Shown piece after piece: positions 10,257-18,706 of a stretch of 64,000 bases of DNA. The notes under the pieces were generated by a model. It searched no databases. It was given only the letters and a program-made list of their open reading frames with translations, and had not been told where the DNA came from. The number at the start of each line of letters is the position of its first letter. Within the stretch, counting starts at the first letter, position 1. The DNA comes from Bacteroidales bacterium UBA1176. Lineage in GTDB: Bacteria; Bacteroidota; Bacteroidia; Bacteroidales; WCHB1-69. Position numbers and translations under genes: made by a program. Where the stretch lies: positions 10,739 to 74,738 of the forward strand of contig DBYW01000011.1 in the NCBI GenBank assembly GCA_002311645.1, written 5' to 3'.

Positions 10257-11003
10257 TTATTTGAGGTCGAATTCGAATGTGTCGCCCGGTTTCTTTTCCG
10301 TCGGTTTTTTGCCATAACGGAGTACAATCATCTTGCGGGTGCCGCGCAGCGTGATGCGCTCGTGGTCAACCCAAAGGGCGGTGCCTTCGCGCAGGCCGGC
10401 GACGGTGCGCTCCTGGTTGACAGCCAAGTATTCGTTGATGCGCACTTGGCGGGTCTCGCCGCCGTGACGGATGGCGTCGTTTATTTTCTCGGGATACGGG
10501 TCAATGTAGTGCGGGTTGATCTGGAAGGGCACCAGGTCGAGACATTTGAAACTCTCGGGCATGACAATGGGCATGTCGTTGGTGGTGCAGAGGGTGGGGC
10601 AGGCCACATTGGAACCGGCGCTCCAGCCGATGTAGGGCGTGCCTTCCATGACCTTGCGGCGGATAGGCTCGATAAGTTTGTTGCGGTGCAACTCGGCGAC
10701 CAGATGGAAGGTGTTGCCGCCACCCACCACGATGATGTCGGCCTTCTCGATGACCTTGGCGGGATCTTTGGCACTGTGGACGGAATTGATCTTCTTGCCG
10801 AATTGCTTGAACACATTCTGCACGCGCTCCGTATAGGCATCATAGCTGGCGGGATAGACCTTGCCGGCCACATCCACGCCTGCGTAAGGCACAAACGCCA
10901 CGTTTTTGCCCATGCCTTGCATGAACTCTTCCAAAAGAGGTTGGCACCAACCTAAATAGGGTTCCTTGTAATTGGTGGAATTGCTGATCAGTAGTAATTT
11001 CAT
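10257..11003 (-). CDS. pepE: Dipeptidase E (peptidase S51)
   Basis: MKLLLISNSTNYKEPYLGW, GGGNTFHL and GWSAGSNV (nucleophile Ser) are typical of PepE. Confidence 0.85.
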   Translation of the reverse strand: MKLLLISNSTNYKEPYLGWCQPLLEEFMQGMGKNVAFVPYAGVDVAGKVYPASYDAYTERVQNVFKQFGKKINSVHSAKDPAKVIEKADIIVVGGGNTFHLVAELHRNKLIEPIRRKVMEGTPYIGWSAGSNVACPTLCTTNDMPIVMPESFKCLDLVPFQINPHYIDPYPEKINDAIRHGGETRQVRINEYLAVNQERTVAGLREGTALWVDHERITLRGTRKMIVLRYGKKPTEKKPGDTFEFDLK

Positions 11004-11067
11004 ATCGAATATATTTTAAATGTGTATGTTTTTGAATTATGATGCGGGCTTTTGCCTGCTGTATGTC

Positions 11068-11943
11068 CTAAATTTTTAATTGTGCTAATTTCTCCACCAC
11101 GTAAGGCCTGTCTTCCTTGTAGGTGACACCGAACCATTCGGCATCGCAGGGCAGCACCTTGACACGGGCATCGCCGCGCGCCATGAGGGTGGCGATGACA
11201 TTGGGTATTGGGTATTCCGCCGTGATGTTGTCTTGGTTGGCCTTCATGAACTCCACGAACTGCTCCTGCAAGGCGTCGAAGAAGCCGGGTGTGAAGCCCC
11301 AGAAATTCATGGAGACAGGCTCGTCGCCGACAAAGTGGTTGTACAGTCCCTCTTCGATGTTCTCAATGCCTTTGTCGGTGTAGCCGATTTTGTGGTTCTC
11401 CACGATGTCGGTCAGGAAGCCTTGCTCATTTGTGCGGCACACACCGCGCGAGACGGTGCCGTTGCGAGATAGCGTCTTGTTGAGGCGATAACCCACCATT
11501 GAGTATGTCGGGGGCACTGTCGGCTCGCTGTTGAGCAGGAAATCTGCCATCACTTTGAAGGCCTGCCGCCCGTAGAAGTCATCGGCATTGATGACAGTGA
11601 AAGGTTCATGGATGGCGTTACGTGCCACCAAGATGGCATGTGCCGTGCCGTAGGGCTTCTTCCGCTCCGGATTGACCGTGAAACCCTCGGGCAGCAGGTC
11701 AAGTTCCTGAAAAACGTATGCAACAGCTATTTTGTCCGCATATCGGGGCATGATGTGCTGCTTGAAATCCTCTTCCATGGAACGGCGTATCACGAAAACA
11801 ACCTTTCCAAAGCCGCATTCCCAGGCGAAACGGACGGAATAGTCCATGATGGTCTCACCATGGGGTCCCATCGGATCCAGCTGCTTGAGTCCACCATAAC
11901 GGCTGCCCATGCCGGCAGCTAAAATTAGTAATGTAGGGGTCAT
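11068..11943 (-). CDS. Sugar-phosphate nucleotidyltransferase family protein
   Basis: LILAAGMGSRYGGLKQL is the GxGxR NTP-transferase signature. Length is 291 aa. Confidence 0.75.
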   Translation of the reverse strand: MTPTLLILAAGMGSRYGGLKQLDPMGPHGETIMDYSVRFAWECGFGKVVFVIRRSMEEDFKQHIMPRYADKIAVAYVFQELDLLPEGFTVNPERKKPYGTAHAILVARNAIHEPFTVINADDFYGRQAFKVMADFLLNSEPTVPPTYSMVGYRLNKTLSRNGTVSRGVCRTNEQGFLTDIVENHKIGYTDKGIENIEEGLYNHFVGDEPVSMNFWGFTPGFFDALQEQFVEFMKANQDNITAEYPIPNVIATLMARGDARVKVLPCDAEWFGVTYKEDRPYVVEKLAQLKI

Positions 11944-11960
11944 ATTAGAGGTTTGTGTTT

Positions 11961-12024
11961 AGTGATCAGTGATTAGTGAACAGTGATCAGTGATCAGTTT
12001 TCAACTATTAACTATTAACTATTA
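11961..12024. repeat. Low-complexity word arrays (GTGATCAGTGA family, then AACTATTA x3)
   Basis: AGTGATCAGTGATTAGTGAACAGTGATCAGTGATCAG followed by TTTTCAACTATTAACTATTAACTATTA. It lies between two same-strand genes. Confidence 0.8.
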
Positions 12025-13323
12025 CGGTGCCATGTTTATGTAGTCTTCCATCAGTTCGTCGTCGAGTTGGGCGAGTTGGGCGTTGATGTAATGCTTGATG
12101 AGATATAGGTCTTTGTGGCTTTCGAGGATGCGGTGGATGGCCTCATTGACCTCCCGCAGGGTGCCGACACACTCGAATGGCTTGTATGGACTGAGTCCGG
12201 TCAGCTCATCGAAGGTGTGTTCCAAAGAGGGCTTGTCGAGCAGGTCTTCCCCGAAGATTTTAATCATTTCTTCTCGCGGAATGAACGGAGAGAGGATGAT
12301 GTAGGCGAAGAGGCATTTGGGACAGTTGCAGCACCATTTGTTCTCCTTACTCCCCGCATTGCAGCTCTTGAAAACCGGAAAATATTGGGGGTGTTGGGCA
12401 AAACGTTCGGCAATCTGCAACTCGGTGAGCGGGCGCAGGTGACTGTAATAATGGTTGCAGTCGCCCATGAAATCGCGGACATATTCGCGGAAGTCTTCTT
12501 CGAATTCCAACGATTTGGAGTATTGATGATTGACGTATGTGCCGGGGATGGTCGGCTCGTTGGCGGACGATTCGTTGGAGAGGGCCACGTCGCGGATGCC
12601 TGTGATTGCGCTCAACAGGGTGGTGTAGAAGGCCAACATTGCGGAGAAGGGAGTGTGGCCGTTAAGGTATCCTTCGCGGTTGAGTTCGAGCAGCTTGGGA
12701 TCGATTTGGCGCTCGAGGATGATAATGTCTTCAGGTGTCACGAACCCAGCGATACGCGCGCAGTCGAGTGTGGCGCCGCGCGGGTTGATGATGAAGGGCA
12801 CCACTTCGCGTTCGCGGCGCAGTTCTTCAAGCGTCACGACGGAGTCCTTGCCGCCACCGATGGGTACGATGACGCGCTGGCTGTCGTCTGCATGGGGAAA
12901 AGTGGTTGTCGAAGCATCGGGTGCATCGTCCGGGAACTCGAAATTGAGGAAGTCCCAGTGGTTGGAATGAATGTGGTTCTTGAAAAAGAACTCGCCCAAA
13001 CCGTTCCAATAGAGTTTCCTCCAGAAAAACTGCTGCTCTTCGGATATCTTGAACCCATGGATGCACAATCGCGGACTGCAGGTGCATTTCCAATAGCTGA
13101 TCAACTCAATCATGCCGATGTTGAAAACAATGCCGTCCAAGATTGCCAGGTTTGCAGGCCACTGGGCGTACTTGCCGGGCTTCAGAACCATATGCGGCTT
13201 GAAATGAATTTCATCTCCAATCTGAAAATGGAATTCAATATGAAGAGCGTTGTCTTTCAGTTCGTAGGTATAAGAAGAATAATCAAATCTTGGATATTTT
13301 TCTCTCAGTTCTTCAAAACTCAT
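12022..13323 (-). CDS. PP-loop (adenine-nucleotide alpha-hydrolase superfamily) protein with a C-terminal Cys cluster; function unknown
   Basis: VIVPIGGGKDSVV (an SGGxDS-like PP-loop) and WCCNCPKC (a Cys cluster, a QueC-like arrangement). There is an extra ~150-aa N-terminal domain. Confidence 0.55.
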   Translation of the reverse strand: MSFEELREKYPRFDYSSYTYELKDNALHIEFHFQIGDEIHFKPHMVLKPGKYAQWPANLAILDGIVFNIGMIELISYWKCTCSPRLCIHGFKISEEQQFFWRKLYWNGLGEFFFKNHIHSNHWDFLNFEFPDDAPDASTTTFPHADDSQRVIVPIGGGKDSVVTLEELRREREVVPFIINPRGATLDCARIAGFVTPEDIIILERQIDPKLLELNREGYLNGHTPFSAMLAFYTTLLSAITGIRDVALSNESSANEPTIPGTYVNHQYSKSLEFEEDFREYVRDFMGDCNHYYSHLRPLTELQIAERFAQHPQYFPVFKSCNAGSKENKWCCNCPKCLFAYIILSPFIPREEMIKIFGEDLLDKPSLEHTFDELTGLSPYKPFECVGTLREVNEAIHRILESHKDLYLIKHYINAQLAQLDDELMEDYINMAP

Positions 13324-13326
13324 TGT

Positions 13327-14748
13327 TTATTTCCCTTCTTTCTTTAGTACGATTAAAACTGTGTATATCAATATTTTGATATCCATCTGTATCGACATGT
13401 TCTCGATATAGAGCAAATCCCAGCGGAGGCGTTCGATCATCTCGTCCACATTCTCGGCGTAGCCGAACTTGACTTGTCCCCAGGAGGTGATGCCGGGGCG
13501 GATGCCGAGCAGCAGCTTGTAGTAGGGCACGCGCTCGGAGATTTTGTCGATGTAGTATTGGCGTTCGGGACGCGGCCCTACCAACGACATGTCGCCGATG
13601 AGGACATTGAAGAACTGCGGGGTCTCGTCGAGGCGGTATTGGCGCATGAACTTGCCAAAGGGGGTGATGCGTGTGTCGTCCTTGGAGGAGAGCATGGGAC
13701 CGGACTCTTCCGCGTTGTTTTTCATGGAGCGGAATTTGATGATGTTGAAGGGCTTGCCCTTGTAGCCGATTCTCTCTTGCTTGTAAAATATAGGGCCGGG
13801 CGAGGAGCGTTTCACACCAATGGCCAAGAAGATGTAGAGCGGCAGCAGCAAAATGAGGGCTATCAGCGAAAACAGGATGTCGAATCCGCGCTTGATGAAG
13901 CGTTGCCATGTGGGGAGATATTCCGGGGTTATGGAGATGAGCGGCTCGTACATCACGGAGCTGGTCTTGACTGCTCCCAACAACACGTCCTGTTGCTGGG
14001 GCGTGATGTGCAGCGTGAGGTTGCCAAGGTCGCGCGCCAGGGCGATGAGCATTTCGATGTGTTTGCGCTGGCCGTTGTGCAGGGTGACAATCAGCTCCTC
14101 AATATGGTCCTTCTCGATGATGTCGGGCAATTGTTCCAATGTGCCGAGGCATACGAGATGGTCGCGCAGCAGGTCGTCAGACTGCTCGTCCACCTTGACG
14201 TATCCGATGAGGAAGTTGCCGGGCGCCGGTTTCTGTTGCATCACGGTCTTGTAAACTTGGTGCGCGTAAGCGTCGCTGCCGATAATGAGCGTGTTGAAAC
14301 CGATTTGTCCGCTGTGGATGCGGCGGTTGACGCGTGTGGTGGTGCAAACACGCGGTATGTAGGTTGTTAAAAATTGTACAGCAAAATAGAACAACATGTA
14401 TCGCACATAATCTTTCGGCGATGTGACGATGTCGTCCAATATGAAGAAAAAGAAGAAAATCAGGATGCCGAAAATGGTGATGCCGAGCGTCGTGGTCAGC
14501 TCGTCAATGCGGGATTTTCTATGGATTTTGTTGTAGTATCCGATGAAGGCATGCAAGAACACCCAATAGATCGGGCATAGCAGGATGCCCCAGAAGAATG
14601 TCTTGTCGGCCATCATGGCTTCGCCGATGCTGCTGAAAGACAAGGATTCTCCCACGAGTTTTCGATATATGTAGAGGCACACCCAGGAAATGATGGCGGC
14701 CAGTACATCGAAAAAAACGTATGAAAACAGGAGTCTCCTTTTGTTCAT
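13327..14748 (-). CDS. Polyprenyl-phosphate glycosyl-1-phosphate transferase (WbaP/WcaJ-type bacterial sugar transferase)
   Basis: Four N-terminal TM segments, then FDILFSLIALILLLPLYIFLAIGVKRSSPGPIFYKQERIGYKGKPFNIIKFRSM and LVGPRPE. Confidence 0.85.
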   Translation of the reverse strand: MNKRRLLFSYVFFDVLAAIISWVCLYIYRKLVGESLSFSSIGEAMMADKTFFWGILLCPIYWVFLHAFIGYYNKIHRKSRIDELTTTLGITIFGILIFFFFFILDDIVTSPKDYVRYMLFYFAVQFLTTYIPRVCTTTRVNRRIHSGQIGFNTLIIGSDAYAHQVYKTVMQQKPAPGNFLIGYVKVDEQSDDLLRDHLVCLGTLEQLPDIIEKDHIEELIVTLHNGQRKHIEMLIALARDLGNLTLHITPQQQDVLLGAVKTSSVMYEPLISITPEYLPTWQRFIKRGFDILFSLIALILLLPLYIFLAIGVKRSSPGPIFYKQERIGYKGKPFNIIKFRSMKNNAEESGPMLSSKDDTRITPFGKFMRQYRLDETPQFFNVLIGDMSLVGPRPERQYYIDKISERVPYYKLLLGIRPGITSWGQVKFGYAENVDEMIERLRWDLLYIENMSIQMDIKILIYTVLIVLKKEGK

Positions 14749-14754
14749 GCTACA

Positions 14755-15687
14755 CTATGCGGCTGGGTGGTAAATGACTTTGACGTTGTCGATTTGGAAA
14801 TGTGTCTCGTTGGAACCGGCCACACCGTTGCCTGAGAAGATGATGTTGGCGTTTGTGATGGATGCGCCGGTGTAATTGTAGCCGTGAATGATGCTGGACA
14901 GGTCGAAATAGATGGTTTTCCATTTTCCATTCGAAGCATAGATGCCGCCCAATTGGTGCACGGAGTTGGGACTTGATGCCGTGGAGAGTTTCATGCCGAT
15001 GTCAATGTCGCCTTCGGTCTTGTACGTCACTTCTAAGTAGACATAGTAGTTGTAGGTGGGCAGGGCGATGTCTGTGGTGGAGACGTCGAATCTGTCAGTG
15101 GCACCGTGCAGCACGATTTCGCCCACTGTCCGTCCGTCCGCGATGGTTGGCAGGAAACTGTGCGTGCTGTAGGAGGTGTCGGTGGGAGTGAACGACGAGC
15201 TGTTGGAGAAGGTCTCGAAATAGGGGAATCGTGCGTATGCGCTGTATTTGTACACGGGCGGATTGTCCGAAACATTGAAGGTCTCGCCGGCTTTGAGCGG
15301 CAGGTTTTGTCGCAGTACATTGAAGAAGGGATAGCCGCTGATGGTGCGCCCCATGCCGGTCTTCTTGAAAGCGGGCAGAAGCACCACCACAGAGGAGTCG
15401 CTGCCGGCAGTGTGCAACACGGGCACCTTGCAGGGCAACTGCCAGCAACCCAAGTTCTTGTTGTTTACATAGACATTGACGTGCGTGAACGAGTGCTTTT
15501 GCAAGTCGGCCAGATGCTCACTGTCGAAATTGAGGTCGTGGTCGTAATTGAACGTGCTGACATCCACGCAGTTGTTGAGATCTTCCTCCGTGATGTACAA
15601 ATAAGCTGGCGTGAGGTCGGTGTCTTTGCACCCCGCACCACACAAAAGGCATGATATGATGACGAACGTAAAAATTTGTCTCCGCAT
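14755..15687 (-). CDS. Hypothetical lipoprotein
   Basis: MRRQIFTFVIISCLLCGAGC is a lipobox-like signal. I recognised no family. It sits 6 nt from the sugar transferase gene. Confidence 0.5.
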   Translation of the reverse strand: MRRQIFTFVIISCLLCGAGCKDTDLTPAYLYITEEDLNNCVDVSTFNYDHDLNFDSEHLADLQKHSFTHVNVYVNNKNLGCWQLPCKVPVLHTAGSDSSVVVLLPAFKKTGMGRTISGYPFFNVLRQNLPLKAGETFNVSDNPPVYKYSAYARFPYFETFSNSSSFTPTDTSYSTHSFLPTIADGRTVGEIVLHGATDRFDVSTTDIALPTYNYYVYLEVTYKTEGDIDIGMKLSTASSPNSVHQLGGIYASNGKWKTIYFDLSSIIHGYNYTGASITNANIIFSGNGVAGSNETHFQIDNVKVIYHPAA

Positions 15688-15747
15688 AGATTAATGTTTA
15701 TGTTTTGAGAAACGTTGATTTATAGTTATTATTGCAAGAGGGGAATA

Positions 15748-17355
15748 TTATTTTCCCCTATTTTTTTTCATTTTGTCTGATGGTATTGAAAATTGCAACC
15801 ATATAGGATAATGGTCTGATATATAGGGCACTCCATAGTAATCCACAATGGTTCTGAACTGTATGGGGAAGATGTTTTTGACGAAGAATTGGTCGATGAT
15901 GTTGGCGGAGGCGTTGTTGGCGAAGGCGTTGTTTACGGTTCCAAAGCCATTGAAGGATGGTTCCTTGTCGGTTTGCTCAGTAAGGTCGCGGGCAGGATAC
16001 ATGCCCAACTCCCGGGATAGGGGAGTGAAGATGGTGTCGGCTGTCGAGGAGTTCATGTCGCCGCCTAACAGAACGGGTGTGCCCTGTTGGACATCATGCT
16101 CCATCAGTCTGCCGAGCAGTTTTATGGACTCGCGGCGTGCCACGGTGCCCACATGATCCAAGTGGGTGTTGTAATAATGGATGATGGCCTTTGTTTTCTT
16201 GTCTTGCAGCACAGCTTTGGTGACGGTGCGGCGGCAAGCGGCATCCCACCCGAAGGAAACGGAGTCGGGGGTGGCACTGAGCCAAAAGGTTTTCTCTTGC
16301 AACAGCTTGAATTTCTTTTTGTTGTAGAAAACAGCCATATTCTCACCCTTTTGGTCGCCGTCGTCGCGTCCTACGCCCACCATGGCGTAATCCGACAGGT
16401 TTTGGCGCAGGAAATCGCGTTGGTCGGGCAGCATCTCCTGCACGCCGAATGCGTCGGGTGCCAGCTCGCGCAGCATCTTGGCCACGGCCTCCTTGCGGTA
16501 GGGCCAAGCGTTTTCTTCGTCGTATTCGGGAAATCCGCTCTGGCGGATGTTGAAGGAGACAAAGACAAAGATGGGTTCGTCGCGAAGCCAGGCACGCATG
16601 CGTGCCGGCTCGTTGGTCGTGATGAGATCCACGCCTAATTCCGACATTTTTTTTGCGATGGCTTTGCTGTCTATGGTCCACGCATTGACGCTCATGCCGA
16701 GTGCGTGCGCCTGTTGAACCCATTTCGGATGTTGCAGCAGAATGCTGTAGTGGTAGTCGATGCCCTTGATGCCCAAGGCGTGGAGTTCTTCGGGAGTCTT
16801 GTCGCCATTGAGGTAAGCGACTGGAATGTCGGGACAGCGTTGCGCCAACATCTTGCACATTTCCAAGTCAAAGGAAATAAATTCCATTCGTCCCGACAGG
16901 TTGTGTTTTCTCACCAAGTCGATGCATTTTGCAACGTAAAGATTCCGCTCGCCTTCGGAGAGTGCGGGCTTGATTTCAAAATAGAGCTTGAAGGTGCTGC
17001 TGCATGATTTTGCGGCTTGTTGCAGGTATTCTTCCGCAGTGGGAATGGATTCGCCGTTGGGCAGCCGATATTGCATGACGCGGCTGTGGGGGATGCGGTC
17101 CACGTATTCGTCGCCAATTTTGCGGTCGTGGATGATGATGAGCACACTGTCGGATGTCAGGCGTGCGTCGCACTCCACGCCGGCACAAATTTGCCCGGGG
17201 TGTGCCGAGGCGCGGGAGGCAGCAGCCAAGGCGGACAATGTGTTCTGCTGTGCCCCATCAGCCTTCCAAAAGCCACGGTGTGCCACGATGCCTTGGGCGG
17301 AAATCTGAATGGATAGGATGATCAGGAATAACGCCTGAAGAGCCAATGTGCGCAT
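15748..17355 (-). CDS. Fusion protein: glycerophosphodiester phosphodiesterase (GDPD) plus an endonuclease/exonuclease/phosphatase (EEP) domain
   Basis: GIVAHRGFWK with ECDARLTSDSVLIIIHD is the GDPD part. FVSFNIRQSG, LGGDMNS and ISDHYPI are the EEP part. The likely start is MRTLALQALFLIILSIQISAQ (17355). Confidence 0.75.
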   Translation of the reverse strand: MRTLALQALFLIILSIQISAQGIVAHRGFWKADGAQQNTLSALAAASRASAHPGQICAGVECDARLTSDSVLIIIHDRKIGDEYVDRIPHSRVMQYRLPNGESIPTAEEYLQQAAKSCSSTFKLYFEIKPALSEGERNLYVAKCIDLVRKHNLSGRMEFISFDLEMCKMLAQRCPDIPVAYLNGDKTPEELHALGIKGIDYHYSILLQHPKWVQQAHALGMSVNAWTIDSKAIAKKMSELGVDLITTNEPARMRAWLRDEPIFVFVSFNIRQSGFPEYDEENAWPYRKEAVAKMLRELAPDAFGVQEMLPDQRDFLRQNLSDYAMVGVGRDDGDQKGENMAVFYNKKKFKLLQEKTFWLSATPDSVSFGWDAACRRTVTKAVLQDKKTKAIIHYYNTHLDHVGTVARRESIKLLGRLMEHDVQQGTPVLLGGDMNSSTADTIFTPLSRELGMYPARDLTEQTDKEPSFNGFGTVNNAFANNASANIIDQFFVKNIFPIQFRTIVDYYGVPYISDHYPIWLQFSIPSDKMKKNRGK

Positions 17356-17431
17356 CGGCCATTTTTGTACTGTGCTGTTGGCGTGTGTTTTGGACATCGT
17401 TGTCTTGTCGGTGGATGCGTATATTGGATAC

Positions 17432-18043
17432 CTAAAACTTGTAGCCGACCCCTACGACGACATACGAGACGTACCCGAAGTTGGTTTCGAAAAGGCCGTA
17501 GAATCTCTTGCCGACGGACACGCCGATGGGGGTGATGTTGAAGGCGAACATGAAATTGGTGTTCTTTCCATCCTTGTCGGCAGATTTCCCGCGGCTGTCA
17601 AACAGATAGCTGGCGCCAAGGTCTATGCCGGAGTAAAGCCGCACCCAGGGGCGGTTGAGGTAATTGAATCGTACGCTGGGCATCAAGGTCAGGAAACACA
17701 TTTTGTATTGGTCAGTGATTACAGCTCGTGTGCTGTCTGAAAAACGCGTCACGCCTGCACCTTCCAAGGTCGCCTTGAAACCGACCTGGAACCACGGCTT
17801 CACCTGGTAGTAATAATGAAATCCGTATTCCCCGTAAAGATTCAAGTCGACGGGCCTGTGGGAAATGGATCCGCCGAGTGCCTCGAAAAATCCGACGGTG
17901 CCATAAACAAGCGATCCCATGAAGGAGAAAGGACCGGCTTCAATGCCTACTTCATGCTTGCACTCGTTGTGTGGATGCTGTGCTTGAACTTGACCATGAA
18001 ACAGGATGGTCAATAAGAGACATAGGATGATGATGCGTTTCAT
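17432..18043 (-). CDS. Small outer-membrane beta-barrel (porin-family/OmpW-like) protein
   Basis: Signal peptide MKRIIILCLLLTILFHGQVQAQ, alternating-hydrophobic strands, and a C-terminal ...VGVGYKF ending in Phe. Confidence 0.6.
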   Translation of the reverse strand: MKRIIILCLLLTILFHGQVQAQHPHNECKHEVGIEAGPFSFMGSLVYGTVGFFEALGGSISHRPVDLNLYGEYGFHYYYQVKPWFQVGFKATLEGAGVTRFSDSTRAVITDQYKMCFLTLMPSVRFNYLNRPWVRLYSGIDLGASYLFDSRGKSADKDGKNTNFMFAFNITPIGVSVGKRFYGLFETNFGYVSYVVVGVGYKF

Positions 18044-18102
18044 AGGTTTTTATTTTGAGGCCGCAAATATAGGATTTTTATAGTATCTGACGGCTTTTTT
18101 TG

Positions 18103-18110
18103 TACATTTG
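18103..18110 (+). promoter_or_regulatory. -7 promoter box for the GNAT gene
   Basis: TACATTTG lies 24 nt upstream of ATG 18134. Confidence 0.4.
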
Positions 18111-18133
18111 CCGCCTTAAAAACACAATCCTTT

Positions 18134-18706
18134 ATGATAGCCAACGCTGCCATTACCATACGGCCTGCTACGGTCGACGATGTTTCTCTGATAGCACGCA
18201 ATGTGCTGGATGCCGTTGGCATGGAACATCCGGATAAAGAGGCGATTGATTGTCTCGCTGAATTGTGCCGCCGATCCGATGTGTTGTACAGTTGGGCGAA
18301 CACGGATATTGCCCTTTTGGGCGATAGGCCTGTCGGGTCGCTTACCTCCTATGATGGGGGGCTGTATGCTGAAATGCGCGCCAAGACGTTTCCCGAGTTG
18401 GAAAAGTTTGTCGGCTTGGATTTCAGTAAGATGAGTGTTGAAACTGGTCCCGGTGAGTTCTATTTTGATTCTCTCGCCGTACTTCCTGAATTTCGCGGAC
18501 AGGGCATCGGGACACTTCTGATGCAACATGGCATAGCCAAAGCTCGCGCATTGCATTTCTCCCGTATCGCCTTGCTTGTGGATTTTGAAAATCCTGACGC
18601 AATGCATCTGTATAAGTCTTTGGGATTCAAAAAAGAGGGGGAGATGTACTTGTTTAGCACGCTTTATGCGCGCATGATTGTTGAAATAGGGCCCGAGGAA
18701 CGCTAA
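18134..18706 (+). CDS. GNAT family N-acetyltransferase
   Basis: LAVLPEFRGQGIGTLLM is the acetyl-CoA binding motif (Q/RxxGxG/A). Confidence 0.8.
   Translation: MIANAAITIRPATVDDVSLIARNVLDAVGMEHPDKEAIDCLAELCRRSDVLYSWANTDIALLGDRPVGSLTSYDGGLYAEMRAKTFPELEKFVGLDFSKMSVETGPGEFYFDSLAVLPEFRGQGIGTLLMQHGIAKARALHFSRIALLVDFENPDAMHLYKSLGFKKEGEMYLFSTLYARMIVEIGPEER

Noticed and set aside
12115-13347. A 410-aa plus-strand ORF opposite the PP-loop gene. Similar long antisense ORFs occur at 25016-26281 (+), 30632-32113 (+), 42955-44160 (-), 47102-48424 (-), 52367-53938 (-) and 21626-22390 (- strand, off-frame).
   Set aside because: In each case the opposite-strand or other-frame ORF carries clear family motifs (PP-loop, T9SS CTD, FHA-protease, BACON-like protein, collagen-like protein, MBOAT). 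The rejected ones have low-complexity, motif-free translations.
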